From NCBI GenBank assembly GCA_043228905.1, contig JBHGNT010000002.1, positions 20,088,001 to 20,152,000 on the forward strand: DNA of 64,000 bases, written 5' to 3'. The DNA is from Azolla caroliniana. Taxonomy: Eukaryota > Plantae > Polypodiophyta. A program made the translations under genes and the position numbers. Each line of letters starts with the position of its first letter. Positions within the stretch are counted from its first letter, which is position 1. The notes under the pieces were generated by a model. It saw nothing but the letters and a program-made list of their open reading frames with translations. It searched no databases and had not been told where the DNA came from. This document shows, piece by piece, positions 22,255 to 34,425 of the stretch.

Positions 22255-22492
22255 ACGTTGCAATATCAATTATTGATGACATTGAGTTAGTTACATTATC
22301 TTAAATAGAGATTGCTTCAACAATGTTGAACTATTGTTTGGGACAAAAACATAAACAAAAATTGAGAAAAGAAGTGATATGGAAGAATGGGTAAGGGGTG
22401 TAGTATGTAGGCTAGGGAGCAATCCGAACTTAGGACGTTTATATACATACGGGATAGGATAATCACAAGAACAAGTTGAAAAAAGAGGGTTA

Positions 22493-22553
22493 AGTTGGGT
22501 AGAGCGTTGGTCTTATGAGCCGGAAGTCGTGGGTTTGAGCCCCACCAAGACCA
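22493..22553 (+). pseudogene. 5'-deleted tRNA-Ile(UAU) copy
   Basis: Starts in the D loop (AGTTGGGTAGAGCG) and runs to CCAAGACCA. Confidence 0.8.
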
Positions 22554-22768
22554 ATGTTGCAATTATTGATCATATTGAGTTACTTACATGATTCTATTGT
22601 CTTTTGAGACAAAAGCATAAACAAAAATTGTGAAATGAAAAGATATGAAAGAATGGGTAAGGAATGTAGTATAATCTAGGGAGAAATCTGAACTTAGGAC
22701 CTTCATGTACATATGGGATAGGATAATCACAAAAACAAGTTGAAAAAAAAGGATTAAGTACCAAGGTT

Positions 22769-23507
22769 TCCTAATTGTGTATCGTGCCCAAATGCAACTG
22801 AGTCAATCTGACACGCTCTATGGGACTTCCCAGAGATCCATCGAATATGGAGGGGGGTTGGCCGCCTATTGCAATTATGCCAAGTGCAAGGCACAATCAA
22901 ATGGGGGAATGCATGTTGATTATCATGGCATTCCCCAATTGACAAGTACAAACATCAAGAGGAGGGGATACCTTCGGTGTACAAGAGATTTGTTTTTTCC
23001 ACCATCGACTCAACTCCTATTAATGTCAAAGCTCAAGTTGTGTTGGAATTGGTCGTTCCAATAACTCTTTGGATTCTATGGAAACAATGGCGTAGACGGG
23101 TCTTCTCCAACCAAACTGTGCATCAAGTATTGTTAATGCAGGAGATATGGTACGGAGTGAAGTTGTAGCCACTCTAAAGAGCCAATACAATTGCCTTACG
23201 GGTGAATCCCATGGAGTTGAAAGACAACGATCAACCTTCATCCAACAATGGTCGTCCTCTCCCTCTATTGAGTTAGTGGGCATCCACATAAGATGGAACT
23301 ATCGCGTCCCTATAGGGATTTGTATATAATACTCTCATCTGAAAGACAATGATTAGCCTTCATCCAACAATGGTTGTCCTCTCCCTCTCTTGAGTCACTG
23401 GGCATCCACATAAGATGGAACTATCGCATCCCTACAGAGATTTGTATATAATACTCTCATCTATAAAATTTTATAACTAATGGAAGGAGTTTTTTGGGGA
23501 AAAAAAT
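22769..23507 (+). mobile_element. 5'-truncated LINE copy (ORF2 C-terminus) with an internal ~120-bp tandem duplication
   Basis: ITLWILWKQ motif; homologous to 56533-57231 and 60418-60902; A tail; 12-bp TSD AGTACCAAGGTT at 22757-22768 and 23508-23519; about 23220-23340 duplicated at 23341-23460. Confidence 0.88.
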
Positions 23508-23754
23508 AGTACCAAGGTTAAGTTGGTTATAATTATTTTTTTATGATAGGATAGGCATTGAGGTACTACATATAGCCTATTGGCAAATGGTTTGGGCTAA
23601 ATAGAGTAAGATTGCTTCAAGTTCCACTAATCCATATGAGATTGTGACATATCATTTTGTTTTGAAATGTTTAATCATGCTACTTGGCTAAATTGAGTAA
23701 GTTTGTTTCAAGTTACATTAATCCACATCTCTAATATCTTATTTTGTTTTGAAA

Positions 23755-24146
23755 TGTGCAACCATGCTAGGAGACTTGAGCATATGATGGCACTTGCTAC
23801 TCATTCTTTAACCTAAGCTATATGTGTGTAACGTATTTAACTCTCACCTAAGCCAAAAAACCTTAGTCACCTAAAATTATTATTTCAAGGTGTGCAATCA
23901 TGCTAAGAGAGTTGAGTGTATGATGCCACTTTCCACTCATTCTTTAACTTGAGTTATATGTGTGTGCGTATTTAACTCTCATGAGCCCAAACACCTTAAT
24001 TATTTAAAATTATTGTTTCAACATGTGCAACCATGCCAAGAGATTTGAGCATATAATGCCACTTGCTTCTCATTATTTAACCTAAGTGTTTGTACGTATT
24101 TAACTCTCACATGAACCCAAAAACCTTAATTATCTAAAATTATTAC
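23755..24146. repeat. Diverged tandem repeat, about 134 bp x3
   Basis: CATGCTA...GAG...CACTT...CTCATT...CGTATTTAACTCTCA...CCTTA..TAAAATTATT recurs near 23763, 23899 and 24032. Confidence 0.8.
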
Positions 24147-26067
24147 CTCATTAATAGTTAAAATTGTTTCATAATATAGAGTTATAGGATCCAAAAATTG
24201 TTCCTCATATTTATCGACAAATGTTTGGATCATAGCCTAAACCTTAGATAAACATTTTTCTTTTTCATACCTTATGGAAGCCATTGGAGGAAAGTTATAC
24301 TATGTGCCATTGGAAATATGACATTCACCCTCACCAAACCTATACATCCTCGAGTATGTGCCAACATCTAGAGTAGATGATACAATTCTCTAGTTTTCAT
24401 CTTGTTTGGTACTGACATCCCCTGCAACATGGATCAAATGAGCACTGAGTCTCTCAAAATGTTCAGAAAACGACATTCTAAGTTGTTATCATAGAATAAA
24501 ACCCAATATCCTTCTTCTATTATCTCGGAGTGAGGTTGATGCCTTTTACTAGAACACACTTTATTCTTTAGACGAATGCCTTATAAATGGTCAATAACCA
24601 AACTCCACATCCATTGGTCTTTTTCCAAGTTATTGAATTTTCATTTCAAATGGCCTTCTTGATTCATGTTGTTATGCCATGACAATGCAACCCATGAGTA
24701 GTAGATGTTCTTTGGGGATTATGGGCATTTGATTGTAAATGAGCTTTGCAACCATAAATATGTCACCTTGATATGCATGGTCCCATCCACCCACAATGCA
24801 TACATAGCATACATGACCACTCCTTCAAGTTGTCATTATTGGTTTTCGCAAGTGCCTTCATGATAGGTCCATGCTCATGCCCATGCTTTAATTTCCTATT
24901 TGCTTTAAAACTATATGTTGTGGTGATTGATAACCTAAAAGTATTTCCTAAGAAGAACTATCTTGCCTCACTAGCATCTCACTCACCTTCACTTGACACG
25001 ACATCTACAAGTAAATCTTTGCACATTGACATCATCTTCTTATTCCTCTATGCTCTAACCTTCATATGGTTTGTGACATTTTCCCTTGCTAGTACCAAAT
25101 ACTTCATCTACCACAACCCTATAGGATTGATGACGAGGTCATCCATCCATTTATAATGCATTGGTAATGGATATATCAGATGTAGCCCATCTGTGTAGAT
25201 ACAATGGATTCACAACAATCCTTATACGTAATTCCACATCCTTCTACATTCTTAACAACCAATGCTTCTTCTTCAACTTTAAAAATGTTCCATATTCCCT
25301 TATGCTAGGTCCATAATGTATTGTGATATTAAAAAATCGATATCGCTTGTTGTTCCTTTTTGCACACTACCTTATACTAGGTTTCTAAGATTTTGTTAGG
25401 GTGATTCCATAAGTGCCCTTCATGAAAGAACAATTTGGCTTCCATAGGTTGTAAGTGTGTGAAAGAGGCTGAAGAAATGAGCATAGGTAGGTGTGAAGCC
25501 TAGGCTTGATAAGATGATGGGATGAGGCTAGGTATCGAACGACAATAGTTGAAGCATTGAGTACAACAATTGTTGCATCATAGTAGGAGAAATTGATACA
25601 TTAACAAGCAGTAGATTCATCAATCACAAGGTCATTTTTGCAATTTTCTATTGCTTATCAACTCTATGGGGATAGGCCTAACCTAGCGATAGTTAGGGCT
25701 AATTTAAGAGGGTTCCCAAGGTTTGATATTGAGGGTCCGCTTGTTTATAAGTTCTAATGGCCTATTAAGGGTAAACTACCTTGGGATTTTTCTAGAGCTG
25801 TTTTAAGAGGGTTCCCTAGGTCAGATTTTGGGGAATTTACCCAAGGATGATTTAAGGGTTGCTAGGACTCATTAGGGGTAAAATTACTATCAATGCTTGA
25901 AATTTCACACTAAAAATGTATTCACTATGACATTTTTAAATCTCGTATATTACAATAAGTTTGGAGAAAGTGAATTCAAATTACACATATCTACAATAAT
26001 TTGTTATGAAATGATGTCCCTCCTTATGGGAGAAGAGTCGGCTAAGTACTAAGAGCCGGTTATGTAC

Positions 26068-26604
26068 TATTGAGAAACAGGTCCCTCCAGATGGGATGCG
26101 TATGACAACCGGACAAGCCGGATCAGACAGGACGAAGGGAGGAACCAAACCGAATGAATCCAAAACGAGTCCGGTCGAATCCGGTATGAACCAGCAAGTA
26201 GGAACATATTTGTAAATATGTTTTGATGTGACTGTTGAGGTCATATTTGTAAATAGCCCGTAAGTTATATTAGTATAAATATAACTAGGGCAAATAGTGC
26301 TTTAGTAGTTGTTGTTATCATTATTGTTGTATACAAACAAATAGATACCGAGAGAGCGAGAGAGAAACAGAAAGTATTTTCTGTTGTAACCATCGGTTGG
26401 CAAAGACATAGAGCTCGAGGTCGTTGCCTCTGAGTCTCACATTGTATCCATTCTCTCATAGTGATAGTTGGATTCTGCGGGCTCCTGTAATTTTTCCCGA
26501 TTAAGGTTTTCCATGATAACATCTTGTGTCTGTCTTTTTCTATTTTCTATTTTTCTTCCATTGAGTGATTGAGACTCGGTTGTGGCCGAACACTATTTCT
26601 TACA
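26068..26604 (+). mobile_element. Copia-family solo LTR related to the A/B/C LTRs
   Basis: Start resembles TGTTGGGAAAC..GTCCCTCC; contains CTCGGTTGTGGCCGA; ends ...TTACA; imperfect TSD TGTAC/TTTAC. Confidence 0.72.
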
Positions 26605-26977
26605 TTTACAAGGGGTCAGCAATGAGCTGGCTATGTTCCACTAGGAGCCGATCTGGCTAAGAACCATTATAATCGGCCAAGGACAAATATGTAAATACAT
26701 ACATATATAGATAGATAGATAGACTTGTATGTATGTATGTATGTATGTATAAACCCTAGGTGGGTTAATAAATGGGTGATTATCAGTTTTCAAGAGAACT
26801 GTAGAGAAGGGAGATTGAGAAAGGACGGTGATGTGCAGGTCAAGCCCTCTTGAGTGCCGACCCTCAAATCTGATCTGTTGATCGATGGCTTTCCACAAAC
26901 CAGGTTCTAGTACTCCTTACCTTCTTTGTTTGTTCACAGTGTCCGTTCCGTCTGTTTAAAGGGGCGATAGTGTCATG

Positions 26978-27400
26978 TGTGTGGAATAGTGCTTGGCCAC
27001 AACCGAGTCTTACTCACTCAATGGAAGAAAACAAAAAATAGAAGTAAGACAGACACAAAATGTTAACGTGGAAAACCCTAATAAAAAAAACCATGGGAGC
27101 CCACAGACTCCAACTATCACTATGAGAGGAAGGATACAATACGAAACTCAGAGGCAATGACCTTGAGCTCTATGTCTTCACCAACCGGTGGTTACAACAG
27201 AAGATACTTTATGTTTCTTTCTATCTCTCTTTGTCTCCCTGTACAACAATAATAATGACAACCAACGACATTGAAGTGATTGCCCTAAGTCATATTTATA
27301 CTTATATAACTTTAGGAATATTCACAAATATGGCCATGACGAGCACACTAGAAACATATTTACAGATATATCCCTGGTCGGCATTCTGTGAACTCTTGTC
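26978..27400 (-). mobile_element. Copia-family LTR in opposite orientation; right end unresolved
   Basis: GGCCACAACCGAG, GGAAAACCCTA, AACTATCACTATG and GTCATATTTATAC blocks shared with LTR-A and with 26068-26604. Confidence 0.7.
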
Positions 27401-28815
27401 CGATGGAGATTTATTCGGATCTACCCCTTCCACAAGAGTATTCGACCAGTGAGTTGGTGCCTTGGCCGGTTTGGATCAGTCATATGGCATCGTAGCTGAT
27501 CCGGCCTTGGTTGTTTTTCTAGCCGTTTGGAATTCAGCAATTGACCATGTGCCGATTCGGGTTCAACTGGGGGTTACTGGATGAATCAGGCTCGACATAA
27601 GGTATTTCGGCCTTGGAACCGGATTCGGAGAGATCAAAATTGACTCTCTTACCAATTCAAGGTTGTGATTCGCCCAAGATGATGGAGTTTTCATTGAAGA
27701 CCATATTGCTGTCATGGGGTTTCGCGTGTACGGGTCAGGTCAAGCAGTACCATCAGGGCCTTGAACCAAGGAGTCCGAGAGCAGACACATAGCTTGTAGT
27801 GACTATCCCGTTCGGTTTCCGGAGATCTTCACGGGGCGCATGGTCTCAGAGGACCCGTATCTGATCTGGGTCAGACGACGGATTTCGGAAACGAGCACAC
27901 AAGCTCGCCAACATCTAACCCATTCGGGCCTTTCACCGGAATACAGAGGATGAGTACATGGGCTTAGAGACTCAAATAAATATGCGAAATAGGAACAGAA
28001 TCAGAGACTAGAATGTTCCAAACACAGAGAGAAAGATATACAACCAATACCAATGTTAATCAGGAAAACATAGAAAAAAATTGCAACCGGTCTTAGATGG
28101 TGACATCGCTTCGAGCTCTGCACACGCACACACACACACAACCGATGAGCCTTCAATCAGGAGAATATTGGCTTCCTATGCAAGCAGAGGCCTCACCTTC
28201 CCCTCCCAAAAGCACAGATTAGAAAACTGAAATTTACATAGCTCAACCGACATCACTTCTCCCTCCAAAGCAATGAATTCCCCAAAACGGTATTCCTTCC
28301 CTCCCTTTATAGTTCAAGGAGGGTTGGTTACATCAGCATTCATGACAACCATTTTTTGTCAGTGATCCTCCCCTCGATTCTCTCACATCACACACTTTAT
28401 TCTCCTCTTTTTGTGGGACATTAGAAGTACCTAATAACATTCTACCTTGCACTTACTAATACTATATTTATTTACATTTGTTTATATAGAAGGACCGAAT
28501 TCATGTGCATACTTCCACACCCTCGTTCACACACATCCGACAAATTTTCTCCTCCTGGCCGGAATTCCCCACGATATCCAACCCCACCAAACCACACATC
28601 CGAAGCAGTGGGGATTCTGAATCGACCTCTACTCGTCTTCCTCCGAACCGTCGTCAGTCCGGTCCTCGTCCGGCTCCTCATCCTCCACATCTTGTCGCTT
28701 CTTGAAGGCCTTTATCTGCTTCCCTGCAATCGGCACTGATATCCTCGTCCCGTCGAGCTCCGCAAGGTGATGCATGGCGTTGTCATTGGCACTCGTCACC
28801 ACATACAACCCGAAC

Positions 28816-29582
28816 CAAGGTTGTTAGGTACGTTAGGTACGGTACAGATACCATACGTATTTAACGTATTAATACCCGTATAGTACCTCCCAATTTAAAA
28901 ATACGTTAAATACGTTTTCTTAATATGTTAAATACTTATAAAATATGTAATTTACATATAGTACGTTAAATACTTCTAGAATTTGAAAATTATTTACCTT
29001 TCTAAAAAATATCTATAATATTGTAAAAAACATAAATGTTTACACAATTTTGTGATGTACAATATAGTTCTACATCCTAAAATGCATATAAGACATTTGG
29101 ACATTTCACATCCTAAAATACTTGTGGTAATATGGATGTCAACATTCCCTTATTCTATAAATCAATGTAAATGTGTATCACAATGTTCTACTTCAAATTG
29201 TAATTATTTACAATTATGCCTTCATAGATTGAGGAATCATCTACGATTATCACACTCAGGACAAGTTTATGTCTTCTTTTCTCTCTTCTTCTTCTTCTTC
29301 TTCTTCATCTTCTTCATCGTCGTCTCTTCTATTCTTCTTTCTTCCTTCCTTTGTCTTCTTTTTCACTAAAATATTTTTTCTCTTTTGCTTTTTGTTAGGG
29401 TTTTACTTACATTTTCTTTATAAATACGTATTATACCTGTTTTTTTATAAATACGTTAAATACTGTATTGGACAAATGTACATGATATTTGACTGAACAA
29501 CATTGAGGTATAGTACGTACTATACAAATGATGAGGTATTGTACGTATTTAAACATTAAATACGGGTACGTAAACAACCATG
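28816..29582. mobile_element. Non-autonomous hAT-like DNA transposon (MITE)
   Basis: TIR CAAGGTTGTT / AACAACCATG; imperfect 8-bp TSD ACCCGAAC/GCCTGAAC; many subterminal TACG/CGTA motifs; AT-rich interior within GC-rich Gypsy sequence. Confidence 0.72.
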
Positions 29583-29879
29583 GCCTGAACCACCGTCTTG
29601 CAAACTTTCGTATCGACTGTTGTTGGCTATCGAGGTTGTTGTCATAGACATGCATTCATTCACCTTCTTCGATCTTTCTTGGTCGAACTGACCCTTGTTC
29701 TTCATTTGTGCCTCTTGTAGCTTCACCTTTGCTCATTCCACGTCCTCCAGCCGCCTCTCGAGTTGTCGAATCCTCGTGGTCAACAACTCCTCCTGGCTCA
29801 TCTCGTCCGCCTAGTCGACCACCATCCATGACGTGATTGTTTGTTCCACCGGCATGATCGGCTTTTGTTCGAACATGAG

Positions 29880-31630
29880 CTCCTCCAACATATACCTTGT
29901 CATTGAACTGTGCGTAGTTCGGTTGGCCCATAATTCATATGGAAGGAGTCGTGCCCAATTCCCGACTCATCCATCGCATGCTCGCACTATCGCCTTCACG
30001 ATCTGCATGTGCCCGCGCTCGACCTTCCCGTTCACTTTCGGATTGTCTGCCATCGTGAGGGAGAGCTTGACCCTTAATTAGTTGAACAACTCCTCAGCTT
30101 CTTGCACGTCCAGCTCCCCTCGGTCGGCCACGATCTTTCCTACCCACTCATATCGGCAAATCACATCCTCGATCAAGAAGCGGCATATGGTCGCGGTCGT
30201 CTTGTTCGTCAATGCTCGACCCTCCACCTGGTTCGTCAAGTCCTCCCTCGCAAGAACCAGGTACCTCATTTGCCCGACCCCCATCAACATCGTCAATAAG
30301 TCAACCATTCCTTGAAGTGAATGGTTGGCGGGTAGGTCAAGTGCAGCTTGTCATAGTGCCAGATTTTAGAATGCATTTGGCAGCTCTCACATGTTGTCAT
30401 GAAGTGGTGCATGTCCTTGTACATTTCCAGCCACCAATACCTCTCCTTCAGCTTCTCAAACGTGGCACACCCAATGCCCAGTCCAGGGACTCTCATGGAA
30501 TTCCGTCATAAGCACCGACTGATCCTCTTTCCACGTCACCACCCGAAGTGGTGTATTGTTTCACATCTTCGGGTGCCACCATATTATTCCGGATCCGACT
30601 CACTTCCTCCTTCCATATTGCGTCTGTTGTCATCGTGTTCAGGAACCTCTCGATCAGTAGCCACTCCCCCTCGTAGTCGTCCTCATTGAACAAGTGCAGG
30701 GTCGGGGTGCTCCATTTGTTTGCCGAAAGTCGAGCCGACTCGAAGAAATCGACTTCGACATCCTCATATTCTGACACCATGCCTTCTTCTTCGTTGAACC
30801 GCGCTCTGGATAGCATGTCAGCCATGGCGTTGTCTTTCCCAGAGATGTGTCATATCTCCGGATTAAGGGACTTGATATATGCGATCCATCTTAGCATTGC
30901 TAGGTCCTGAGTCCCGAGAATCAGGAGACAATAAGTCTCGATAATCACCTCCGTCCCGATCAAATAAACTTTGTTGGCCTTCACTGCCGAAATGATACCC
31001 CATAGTTCTCGCTTAACTTGGGTGTATCCTCATTGTCACTCGCTTAGTACCTTTGTGCCGAACCGGACGGCGAACCTTGTTCCGCCTTCATCCGTCTGGC
31101 TGACCACCCATCCGATTCTGGTCGGACTTGTGTCAATCGTTACGTATATTGGAGCTCCTTTCCCACTGACTGCCTTCTAGAGAGCCGGCGTCGCCGTCAG
31201 CATCTCCTTCATCCTTCACAACGCCTCCAAGTGCTCTTCTCCTCATTCGGACTTTCACCCCTTCTTCAACAAACCGTAGAGTTGTTCGGCAACATGTGCA
31301 TAGTGGGGAATCCAAATGTGGTAGATGGCACAGGACCCTAAGAATCATCATACCTTTGTGGTCAACCTACATTCCTCCTTCATCGCTGAGATGGTCTCCA
31401 CCTTCACCGGAGATAGTTTCCGGCCGTATGGCCCACACAAGTGACCGACCACCAGGGCTTCGGTCATGTGATTGACCCCCGCCTTCCCTTTGGGCTTGCG
31501 CAATTTGGACGTCGAGCACTGTATGGTCCAACACTGACAATCGGCCAATCGCTTGTCGAACTCTTGGAGAAGCGCCCATGTGTTCCTTCCTTTTCTGGGG
31601 AACAGGAACTCTTCGAACCTTAAACCAACT
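29880..31630 (-). pseudogene. Gypsy pol remnants (RT end, RNase H, integrase)
   Basis: VVGHLCGPYG, ADMLSR, RYWWLEMYKD..TCESCQ (integrase zinc finger), IVADRGE core motif. Confidence 0.8.
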
Positions 31631-31860
31631 CCATAAGCTCCCTCTTCGACAACCAGAGCGAGTCATCGAAGCCATACCTTTCGAGAAGTCGCTCCTCGAA
31701 ATCCTACCAATTGTGGTAGTCAACCTGTACCTCGAGCACCTCGGCGTGGATGCTCGGTGTGACGACCTAGGGAAACATGGATAGTCATCTATCATCCGGT
31801 ATCTTCCTTTTCGTTAAATCGGCTCGTCGTGCCGACTATTGTCTCGATAGACCTATCGAG

Positions 31861-32538
31861 GCCCACCAAGCTTTCTCGGGCATTGACAAGGTGGTCCACG
31901 ATGGCCGCCATTGCTTCTGCAAGCTCACCTCCCCTCATTCAAAACTCCTTTACCGCCCTTTTCATGTCTTTTTCACCAAAGATGTCACAGGGTTTCACGT
32001 GTACGTGTCGGTTCGGGCAAGAACATCGAAGCCTTGAACCAAGGATCGGAGAGAGGCCACACAGCTTGCAGTGACTATCCGGTTCGGTTGCCGGAGATCT
32101 TCACGGGCCGCACGGTCTCAAGGGACCCATATCTGATCCGTGTTAGATGATGGATTTCGGAAATGAGCACACGGGCTCACCAACGTCTAACCAGTCCAGG
32201 CCTACCAAGCTTTCTCGGGCATTGACAAGGCGGTCCACGGTGGCCGCCATTGCTTCTGCAAGCTCACCTCCCCTCATTCAAAACTCCTTTACCGCCCTTT
32301 TCATATCTTTTTCACCAAAGATGTCACAGGGTTTCACGTGTACGTGTCGGTTCGGGCAAGACCATCGAAGCCTTGAACCAAGGATCGGAGAGAGGCCACA
32401 CAGCTTGCAGTGACTATCCGGTTCGGTTGCCGAAGATCTTCACGGACCGCACGGTCTCAAGGGACCCATATCTGATCCGTGTTAGATGATGGATTTCGGA
32501 AATGAGCACACGGGCTCACCAACGTCTAACCAGTCCAG
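31861..32538. repeat. 339-bp direct tandem duplication spanning the U5, PBS and gag start of Gypsy D
   Basis: 31861-32199 is nearly identical to 32200-32538; GGCC microhomology at the junction. Confidence 0.93.
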
Positions 32539-32630
32539 GCCTTTCACCCGAATATGGAGGATGGGCACACAGGCTCGAAGGCTCAAATAAATACGCGAAA
32601 TAGGAACAAAAGTAGAGACGAGATTGCTCC

Positions 32631-32681
<51 letters not shown>

Positions 32682-34425
32682 GAGACAACAAAAACAAAGA
32701 AAAAAACTACAACCGGTCTCGGCCGATGACAAAGCTTCGAGCTCTACACACGCACGCACACACAGAACTGATGATCCTCTGGTTGGGATCACATGGGCTT
32801 CCTATGCGAGAAGAGGTCTCACCTTCCCCTCCCAAAAGCACAAATCAGAAACTGAAATCTATATCGCTCAACCATCACTTCTCCCTCCAAAACGATGGAT
32901 TCCCCAAAACGGTCTTCCTTCCCTCCCTTTATAGTTCAAGGAGGGTCGGTTACATCAACATTCATGACAACCATTTTCTATCAGTGATCCTCCCCTTGAT
33001 TCTCTCACATCACACACTTTATTCTGTTCATTTTGTGGAATATTAAAAGTACCTAATAACATTGTACCTTGCACTTACTAATACTATACTTATTTACATT
33101 TGTTTATATACAAGGACCGAATTCATGTGCATACTTGCACACCCTCGTTCACACACATCTAGCGAGTTTTCTCCTTGTGGCCGGAATTCCCTACAACATC
33201 ACTGCTCCAGATCAATTTCCGGTTCTCTGTGTCCTATAGCCAATAGCCGAATTCCCCGTCCATCTCGTATCCAAAAAAATACATTTTCTCGAATGGGGTG
33301 CAAACTTGGTCTGTTTCTCCCTTGGTATGTATGTGTATGCTTCGCACCCCAATATGTGAAGCCGATTGTAGGTTGGTTGCTTTCCTTACCATAACGCTTG
33401 TGACACTTGAAGCCTAATTACTTTTGACAACGACAAATTTATCAAATAGATAGTCATCTCAATGCTTCATGCCCAGAACTCCAACTTTAATCCTACTTCT
33501 TGGAGCGTTGCCATCGCTCATTTTTTATCATTTGGCTACATTGTTTTGCATCAGCGTGTAGGGAGCGGTCCTTTGGTGCCGGATCCCTTTCTCAGACTAG
33601 TACTTGGTGAAGGCTTTGGAAGTATATTCTCCTTCGTTGTCCAACCGTAGTGTCTTGACTTTATAGTCGTATTAATTTTTGGCATCAGTCAGCCACCAAC
33701 AAAAACCTCGAGCTCTTCATCCTTGGACTTAATGGAGTAAGCCCAGACTTTATGTGTACAATCATTAACGAATGTGATGAAGTACCATGAGCCGCCACAA
33801 GATCTTTCGAGCATCAGCCCGCAGATGTTAGTGTGAATCCGCTCTAGGGGTTGTCGTACTGTCTCATAGTGAATTGAATGCAGACTTCGAGTCTGTTTCC
33901 CGTTGTCGTGAAGATTTTCGTCCATAGGCGGAAACCGGGGTAGAATAGGCAAATCGGTGGTGTGCACCATGTGCACATGTATACTAGGAAATGGTGTATA
34001 GAAATAAGAGGGGAAATTCTATCCCACATTGTAAGGTCCCTCCCTCCTTGGGCTATAAAAGGAAGGGAGGGGTCACTTATGAAGGGGTTGCCTATTTTGA
34101 GGGAGAGAGGCATGCCACTTAGGTCGAGGGTTTCCTATTCGGTTTTAGGGTTTCGGTTAGGGTTTTCTTCTTGGGTTTTCCTTTAGGGTTTTTGATATAG
34201 TCATTGGTGCGGCCATGGCGGCCACCATTGTAAAGCGTTTGTGTTTCCTTAAGCTAACTCGTTGAGCATCTTGCCCGTCTATTCTACATTATTGTCTTAT
34301 TCTTTCTCACCTCCTCTTGAGCTAAGCTTCCATTTTGTGTCTTATTCTCTCTCCTCCACTTCCTAGTCCAAGACCCCCGTGGTCCCGCCCCTTCTACACG
34401 CACGCACGTAATAACGCGACATCTT

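Larger units (their letters stand above)
19550..22790 (+). repeat. Tandem array of tRNA-Ile(UAU) plus an AT-rich spacer (full unit about 370 bp, with deleted variants)
   Basis: Spacer blocks CAATTATTGATGAC..., GAAGAATGGGTAAGG...CTAGGGAG and AATCACAAGAACAAGTTG recur; nine tRNA copies or part-copies. Confidence 0.93.
27710..33198 (-). mobile_element. Decayed Ty3/Gypsy element D (3' LTR 27710-28576, 5' LTR 32322-33198)
   Basis: Two diverged ~870-bp LTRs; PPT-like GGTTTGGTGGGGTTGGA; degenerate Trp-type PBS at 32300-32317; RT-RH-INT order; no matching TSD found. Confidence 0.8.

Noticed and set aside
21472-22562. Repeated minus-strand ORFs (MLHFGIIRKS...)
   Set aside because: Antisense translations of the tRNA-array spacer
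19550-22790. CRISPR-like repeat-spacer appearance
   Set aside because: The repeats are 74-nt tRNA sequences, the spacers are homologous to each other, there are no cas genes, and the context is eukaryotic
27705-33203. TSD for Gypsy D
   Set aside because: The flanks ATTGC and TCACT do not match at 4 or 5 bp, so single-insertion status is unproven
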